Shown here in pieces: positions 58,741-64,000 of a stretch of 64,000 nucleotides of DNA. Source of the stretch: Pseudomonadota bacterium (lineage in GTDB: Bacteria > Pseudomonadota > Alphaproteobacteria > Caulobacterales > Caulobacteraceae). The position numbers and the translations under genes were made by a program. The notes beneath the pieces are model-generated. The model did not search any database, was not told where the DNA came from, and saw only the letters and a program-made list of their open reading frames with translations. The stretch covers positions 1,726 to 65,725 of the forward strand of contig JAEYWU010000067.1 in the NCBI GenBank assembly GCA_023428785.1, written 5' to 3'. Within the stretch, counting starts at the first letter, position 1; every line of letters starts with the position of its first letter.

Positions 58741-59109
58741 ATGTCGCTAAGCCGGATCGTCATGCGCCTCGCGCGCAACCCGGGCACCGAATTCGCCGAT
58801 GGCGACGATCACCGCGGCTATTCGCTGGTCGCGCCGCTGACCCCGGAGGGCCACATCGACGAGACGGCGTTCAAGGCCACCAAGGGCGAATGCACCGTGC
58901 GCCGTTTCGCGCCTGACGAGGACGCCCAGGAAGGCAAGCTGGCGCGCAGAGGTTCGAACTGGTTCTTCGACTATCAGGAGGGCGCCGACGACGACGAGGC
59001 TGTCCACCGGCTGGCCGAGCACCGCTTTGCAGTAGGCGAATATGTTTCGATCGCCGACGAGGACGGGCGGCTTCTGGCTTACAAGGTCACGGACCTTCAG
59101 CCCGCCTAG
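58741..59109 (+). CDS. Conserved-looking hypothetical protein
   Basis: AGGAAGG RBS; LAR..EF..G....GY..VAPL, C.VRRF, W.FDY, HRF..GEYVSI. Confidence 0.75.
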   Translation: MSLSRIVMRLARNPGTEFADGDDHRGYSLVAPLTPEGHIDETAFKATKGECTVRRFAPDEDAQEGKLARRGSNWFFDYQEGADDDEAVHRLAEHRFAVGEYVSIADEDGRLLAYKVTDLQPA

Positions 59110-60242
59110 GCGGGCGTCTCAACGCTGGCGGCGGCCTGGGCCGCGAGGCCTTCTTCACGGCCGGTGAAACCCAAGCCTTCCGTCGTGGTGGCCTTCACGC
59201 TGACGCTGTCCAGCGGCAGGGCCAGGATGTCGGCGATGCGTTGACGCATCGCCTGACGATGCGGCTTCACCTTGGGCCGCTCGCCGATCAGGGTGACATC
59301 GACATGGATGATCCGGCCGCCGCGCGCGACCACAAGGCCGGCTGCATGGGCCAGGAATCGGTCCGAGCTCGCGCCCTTCCATTGCGGATCGCTGGGCGGG
59401 AAATGGTCGCCGATATCGCCTTCGCCGATGGCGCCGAGGATGGCGTCGGTCAGGGCGTGCAGCCCGACATCGGCGTCGGAATGGCCGACCAGCCCGTGAG
59501 TATGGGGCACCTCGACGCCGCACAGCCAGACCGAGCCACCGGGACCCAGCCGGTGCACGTCATAGCCCGTGCCGACACGGGTCACGGTCTGGCGACCGAT
59601 CAGGGCCTCGGCCATGGCGAAATCCTCCGGGAAGGTCAGTTTCATCAGGCATGGATCGCCGGGGATCAGACTGACCTCGCCGCCGGCCGCCTCGACCACG
59701 GCCAGATCGTCGGTGGGAGACTGGTCGCCCGACCAGCCCTCATAGGCCGCCTGAAGCGCGGCGGGTGCAAACGCCTGGGGTGTCTGGGCCCGCCACAGGC
59801 CGCTGCGGTCCACGGTGTGGCTGACACGGCCGTCGTCGGCGGCCTTAAGGGTATCGGCGACGGACAGGGCGGGCGCGGCCGCAGAAGCGGACGAAACGGC
59901 CTCCAGCAACCGTTCAATGACTGCTTTGGACACCAGCGGGCGTGCGGCGTCATGCACCAGAACCGGAAGCGCCGGATTGGCCAGGGCTAGGCCCGCGCGG
60001 ACCGAATCCGCCCGCTCGGCGCCGCCGGAGACCGTCCGCCAGCCCTGAAGGCCTTCCAGCGCCTTGTCGGCGCGCGCCTCTTCGCCGGTGGGAATGACCA
60101 CGATTACGGCCTCGGCCCCGGCGTCGAGGAAGGCTTGGACCGACCAGCGCACGACCGGGCGGCCGCCCAGCGGACGCCATTGCTTGGGCCCGCCCGAGCG
60201 GGTTCCTGACCCGGCGGCGACGACGATGGCGGTGAAGCTCAT
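59106..60242 (-). CDS. ispDF: Bifunctional IspD/IspF
   Basis: AAGSGTR, VHDAARP, QTPQ, TDD; then G.DVH, HSDADV..HA..DA, KATT.E. Confidence 0.96.
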   Translation of the reverse strand: MSFTAIVVAAGSGTRSGGPKQWRPLGGRPVVRWSVQAFLDAGAEAVIVVIPTGEEARADKALEGLQGWRTVSGGAERADSVRAGLALANPALPVLVHDAARPLVSKAVIERLLEAVSSASAAAPALSVADTLKAADDGRVSHTVDRSGLWRAQTPQAFAPAALQAAYEGWSGDQSPTDDLAVVEAAGGEVSLIPGDPCLMKLTFPEDFAMAEALIGRQTVTRVGTGYDVHRLGPGGSVWLCGVEVPHTHGLVGHSDADVGLHALTDAILGAIGEGDIGDHFPPSDPQWKGASSDRFLAHAAGLVVARGGRIIHVDVTLIGERPKVKPHRQAMRQRIADILALPLDSVSVKATTTEGLGFTGREEGLAAQAAASVETPA

Positions 60243-60293
60243 GACCTCCCCTAGACTGGACGCGGACCGATTGGCGAGCGAAAAGCCGCCGCC

Positions 60294-61298
60294 ATGACCG
60301 CGCCCCTGACAATCGGCGACGTGACGGTGCCCGGACGGGTGCTGACCGCGCCCATGACCGGCATCACCGACCTGCCATTCCGGCAGACCGCGGCTGAGCT
60401 CGGCGCGCCCTATGTCGCGACCGAGATGGTGGCTTCGGCCGAGCTGGCACGGGGCCGGCCCGATGTGGTGCGGCGCGCCGCCGTCGGCGAGGGGCTGGGT
60501 CTGACCGTAATCCAGCTGGTCGGCGCCAGGCCCGACATGATGGCTGAGGGCGCGCGCATGGCCGAGAAGGCCGGCGCCGACATTATCGATCTGAACTTCG
60601 GCTGCCCGGCCAAGGAGGTCACGGGGATCGCGTCGGGCTCGGCCCTTCTGCGTGATCTGGACCGGGCCTGCGCCATCCTCGAGGCGGTCGTCGGCGCGAC
60701 CTCACGGCCGGTGACCCTGAAGACCCGGCTGGGCTGGGACCATTCGAGCCTGAATGCGCCGGTGCTGGCCCGATGCGCAGAGGAGATCGGGGTCAAGACT
60801 GTGACCATCCACGGCCGCACCCGCCAGCAGTTCTATTCAGACGCTGCCGACTGGGACGCGGTGAGGGCCGTGCGTGAGGCGATCGCCATTCCGCTGGTGG
60901 TCAATGGCGACATAGGCGATCCGGACACCGCGAAACGGGCCATGGAGCGGTCGGGCGCCGACGCGGTCATGCTGGGCCGGGGCGTGCAGGGCCGTCCGTG
61001 GATCGCCGGCGCGATCGAGCGGGGCCTGGCGGGGGAGGCTTTCGTCGAGCCCGATCTCGAGGCGCGTCTGGAGATCGTCATCCGCCACTTCCGCCGGTCG
61101 CTGGCCTTCTATGGCGAGCGCCTGGGGCTGAAGATGTTCCGCAAGCATCTCGGCTGGTACGTCGAGGGCTCGGACTATGATCCCGATCCGGCCGTGCGAC
61201 GCGTCGACAAGGCTCGCCTGTGTCGCCTGGAAGACCCGGCCGAGGTCGAGGCGGAACTCACCGCCCTGTGGAGGCCGTCGCGTCAGGCGGCTGCCTGA
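60294..61298 (+). CDS. dusB: tRNA dihydrouridine synthase (NifR3/DusB)
   Basis: [33 protein letters not shown]. Confidence 0.93.
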   Translation: MTAPLTIGDVTVPGRVLTAPMTGITDLPFRQTAAELGAPYVATEMVASAELARGRPDVVRRAAVGEGLGLTVIQLVGARPDMMAEGARMAEKAGADIIDLNFGCPAKEVTGIASGSALLRDLDRACAILEAVVGATSRPVTLKTRLGWDHSSLNAPVLARCAEEIGVKTVTIHGRTRQQFYSDAADWDAVRAVREAIAIPLVVNGDIGDPDTAKRAMERSGADAVMLGRGVQGRPWIAGAIERGLAGEAFVEPDLEARLEIVIRHFRRSLAFYGERLGLKMFRKHLGWYVEGSDYDPDPAVRRVDKARLCRLEDPAEVEAELTALWRPSRQAAA

Positions 61299-61354
61299 CA
61301 CATTGCGGCAACAACACTGTTGATTTGAAACCACAGTCAGGCCATAGCCGAGGG

Positions 61355-63598
61355 ATGCCTTCGGCTATGGCCAAGACCGAGCCTGTCGTCAGGCCCTCCG
61401 GCTGGGCCGGGCGGGCCCTGGGTTGGTTGACCGATCGCCGCGCGCGATACGTGTTTGGCAGCGTCTATGGGCTGGCCGCTCTGGTGACCGCCGCAGGTGT
61501 CTGGCTCGTGGCCTCGGCCCCGGCCACGGGCGAGGCGGGCGGCATCGTTTCGGCCAGCCGGCCGATCCTGATCGTTCTTCTGATCAACCTGTTGCTGATC
61601 ACGGCCCTGGCCGTGGCGGTCACCCTGCGGGTCTGGGCGCTGGTCCGCGAACAGGCGGACGATGCAGGCGCCCGTCTGCATCTCCGGTTCGTGGTCCTGT
61701 TCTCCGTCGTGGCCGTCGTACCGGCGGTTCTGGTCGCCCTGGTGTTCGGCGTGCTGGTGAACCGGGGCGTGGAGGGCTGGTTCAGCGCCAATGTCCGCTC
61801 CGCCGTCGAGAACTCCGCCGAGATCGGCGGCAGCTATGTGCGCGATGTCAGCGAGGAGCTGGAACAGGACCTGGTGACCATGGCCAGCGAGCTGGCCCGG
61901 CCCGAGGTAATGGCCCTGTTTCCGGATCGCCTCCGCTACAGCTCGGCGCTAGCGGGGATAGGTGAGTTCTTCGGTTATCCGGCCCTCTATGTGCTGGACG
62001 GCGAGGGGCAGATCCTGGCGCGCGGCGAGCAGCCGGGAGCCCCAGCCTTCCTGGCCCCGCCCCCGGGAGACCTTTCGCTGGCGGCAGCGGGTGGTGATGT
62101 GCCGCTGGCGGTCACCGAGAACCCGGACGTGATCCGCGCCCTTTATCCGCTCGACGGCTATGGCGACGCCTATCTCTATGTGCTGCGGCCGCTGCCCGAG
62201 GGGATGCTGGCCGGGTTGAACGAGGGCGCGCGCTCGATCCAGGCCTACCGCGAGGCCGAGGAGACGCGCGGACAACTGCAGGCGACCTTCCTGCTGTCGT
62301 ATTTCGAGACCGCGCTCTTGGTGCTGGTCGGGGCGATCTGGCTGGGCCTGTCGGCGGCCTCGGCGATCTCGGCGCCGGTCGGGCGGCTGGTTCAGGCCGC
62401 GCACCGGGTCGCGTCGGGCGATCTGTCGGCCCGCGTCGAGGCTGAGAACGATCCCGGCGAGATCGCGGTGCTGTCACGCGCCTTCAACAAGATGACGGAG
62501 GATCTGGGGGCCCAGCAGTCGGCCCTGAAGGACGCCTCGACCGAGGCCCAGAACCGCTCGCGCTTCATTGAGACCGTGCTGTCGGGCGTCTCGGCCGGCG
62601 TGATCGGCCTGGACCGCAAGGGCCGCGTCTCGGCCATGAACGAGCAGGCGGCACGCCTGCTGGACCTGCGTCAGTCCGACGTCATGGGCAAGCCGATCGG
62701 CAAGGTGGCGCCCGAACTGGCGGCCCTGGCCCAGGCCGTGTCGGGCTCAGAAGAGGACATCGACGTCTCGCGCGACGCCGAGACACGCCGCCTGCGTGTG
62801 CGGGCTTCGGGCGGGGCGGCCGGCGAGGTGGTGCTGACCTTCGACGACATCACCCGCCTGATGACGGCCCAGAGAAACGCCGCCTGGCGCGACGTGGCGC
62901 GTCGCATCGCCCATGAGATCAAGAACCCGCTGACGCCGATCCAGCTGTCGGCCGAGCGGCTTCGCCGCAAGTACCGGCCAATGGTTCAGGACGACGTGGA
63001 GACCTTCGACCGCTGCACCGACACGATCGTGCGGCAGGTCGAGGACATCGGCCGGATGGTGGACGAGTTCTCGTCCTTCGCGCGGATGCCGGCGCCCAAG
63101 TTCGCTGAGGAAGACGCGGCTGAACTGCTGCGCGAGGCGATCTTCGCCCGGCGCGTCGGCTCGCCGGACGTGACAGTCGAACTGAGCGAGCCTCTGCCGG
63201 ATGTGCGGCTGGTTTGCGACGGCCGCATGGTCGCCCAGGCGCTCACGAACGTGCTCAAAAACGGCGCGGAATCGGTCTCGGCCAAGCTCGCGGACGATCC
63301 ATCGAGCGGCGGACGGCTGAGGGCCTCGATCTCGCTCAGCGACGATGCCCTGACCTATGTGATCGAGGACGACGGCGTCGGACTGCCGACCCGCGACCGG
63401 GACCGGCTGGTCGAACCCTATGTCACCACGCGCGAGAAGGGTACGGGCCTGGGCCTGGCCATCGTCAAGCGCATCCTTGAGGACCACGGCGGCGATCTGG
63501 CGCTGGCCGACGCCGTGGACCTGAGCGGTGCGCGCGTGTGTCTGAGATTCCCCCGAAACGAACGGCCCGCGGGCCAAACGCAGGAAGAGGCAGCTTGA
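61355..63598 (+). CDS. ntrY: Sensor histidine kinase NtrY
   Basis: N-terminal TMs, GARLH.R.V, HAMP, PAS, AWRDVARRIAHEIKNPLTPIQLSAERL, TTREKGTGLGL; start 61355 or 61367. Confidence 0.92.
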   Translation: MPSAMAKTEPVVRPSGWAGRALGWLTDRRARYVFGSVYGLAALVTAAGVWLVASAPATGEAGGIVSASRPILIVLLINLLLITALAVAVTLRVWALVREQADDAGARLHLRFVVLFSVVAVVPAVLVALVFGVLVNRGVEGWFSANVRSAVENSAEIGGSYVRDVSEELEQDLVTMASELARPEVMALFPDRLRYSSALAGIGEFFGYPALYVLDGEGQILARGEQPGAPAFLAPPPGDLSLAAAGGDVPLAVTENPDVIRALYPLDGYGDAYLYVLRPLPEGMLAGLNEGARSIQAYREAEETRGQLQATFLLSYFETALLVLVGAIWLGLSAASAISAPVGRLVQAAHRVASGDLSARVEAENDPGEIAVLSRAFNKMTEDLGAQQSALKDASTEAQNRSRFIETVLSGVSAGVIGLDRKGRVSAMNEQAARLLDLRQSDVMGKPIGKVAPELAALAQAVSGSEEDIDVSRDAETRRLRVRASGGAAGEVVLTFDDITRLMTAQRNAAWRDVARRIAHEIKNPLTPIQLSAERLRRKYRPMVQDDVETFDRCTDTIVRQVEDIGRMVDEFSSFARMPAPKFAEEDAAELLREAIFARRVGSPDVTVELSEPLPDVRLVCDGRMVAQALTNVLKNGAESVSAKLADDPSSGGRLRASISLSDDALTYVIEDDGVGLPTRDRDRLVEPYVTTREKGTGLGLAIVKRILEDHGGDLALADAVDLSGARVCLRFPRNERPAGQTQEEAA

Positions 63599-63599
63599 T

Positions 63600-64000
63600 A
63601 TGAGCGGCAAGGCGAATGCGGACGTCCTGGTGGTCGATGACGAGGCGGACATCCGCGACCTGGTGTCCGGACTTTTGGAGGACGAGGGCTATTCGGTCCG
63701 GACGGCCTCGAACGCTGACATGGCGCTGGCCGCCATCAAGGCGCGCAAGCCGGCCCTGATGGTGCTGGACATCTGGATGCAGGGCGGGGGCATGGACGGG
63801 CTGGAACTGCTCGACATGGTCAAGGGGCTCGATCCGGACTTGCCGGTGATCATGATCTCGGGACACGGCAACATCGAAACCGCCGTCAGCGCGCTGCGGC
63901 GCGGGGCCTATGACTTCATCGAAAAGCCCTTCAAGTCCGACCGCTTGCTGGTGGTGGTGGACCGGGCGCTGGAACAGGCGACCCTCAAGCGTGAGAACCG
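63600..64000 (+). CDS. ntrX: Response regulator NtrX (partial, runs off the window)
   Basis: VLVVDDEADIR.LV..LEDEG, LDIWMQG...DGL, MISGHGNIETAV.A...GAYDFIEKPFK; directly after ntrY. Confidence 0.92.
   Translation, partial: MSGKANADVLVVDDEADIRDLVSGLLEDEGYSVRTASNADMALAAIKARKPALMVLDIWMQGGGMDGLELLDMVKGLDPDLPVIMISGHGNIETAVSALRRGAYDFIEKPFKSDRLLVVVDRALEQATLKREN

Overview
GC-rich alphaproteobacterial chromosome segment, most likely Caulobacteraceae (Brevundimonas-like). This is inferred from an spmX orthologue between mgtE and isovaleryl-CoA dehydrogenase and from Caulobacter-style promoters. It is mostly core genome: guaB/guaA, yfgM-bamB-der, purF-cvpA-radA, alr, lipB, tRNA-Leu(GAG), mgtE, spmX, pyrC, cca, hemF, petABC, tRNA-Trp-secE-nusG, ispDF and dusB-ntrY-ntrX. 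I saw no transposase, integrase, prophage, CRISPR array or rRNA. The strongest candidate for an undescribed system is a tandem pair of ECF-sigma modules (9.3-12.5 kb). Each module is [membrane accessory protein(s)]-[ECF sigma]-[small membrane anti-sigma]. The two sigmas share an identical region-4 helix, and both modules have an upstream GCATCC element but different putative -10 elements. Other notable items: a secreted protein with five 4-Cys repeats; a GT9 with degenerate catalytic motifs; no ntrBC between dusB and ntrYX; a Fur-like box over a His-rich double-DUF2061 gene; a 56-aa ORF missed by the ORF track; an orphan NadQ-like regulator; a sigma54 promoter before spmX; and several probable leaderless transcripts. 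All family assignments come from recognising motifs by eye; no database search was run.
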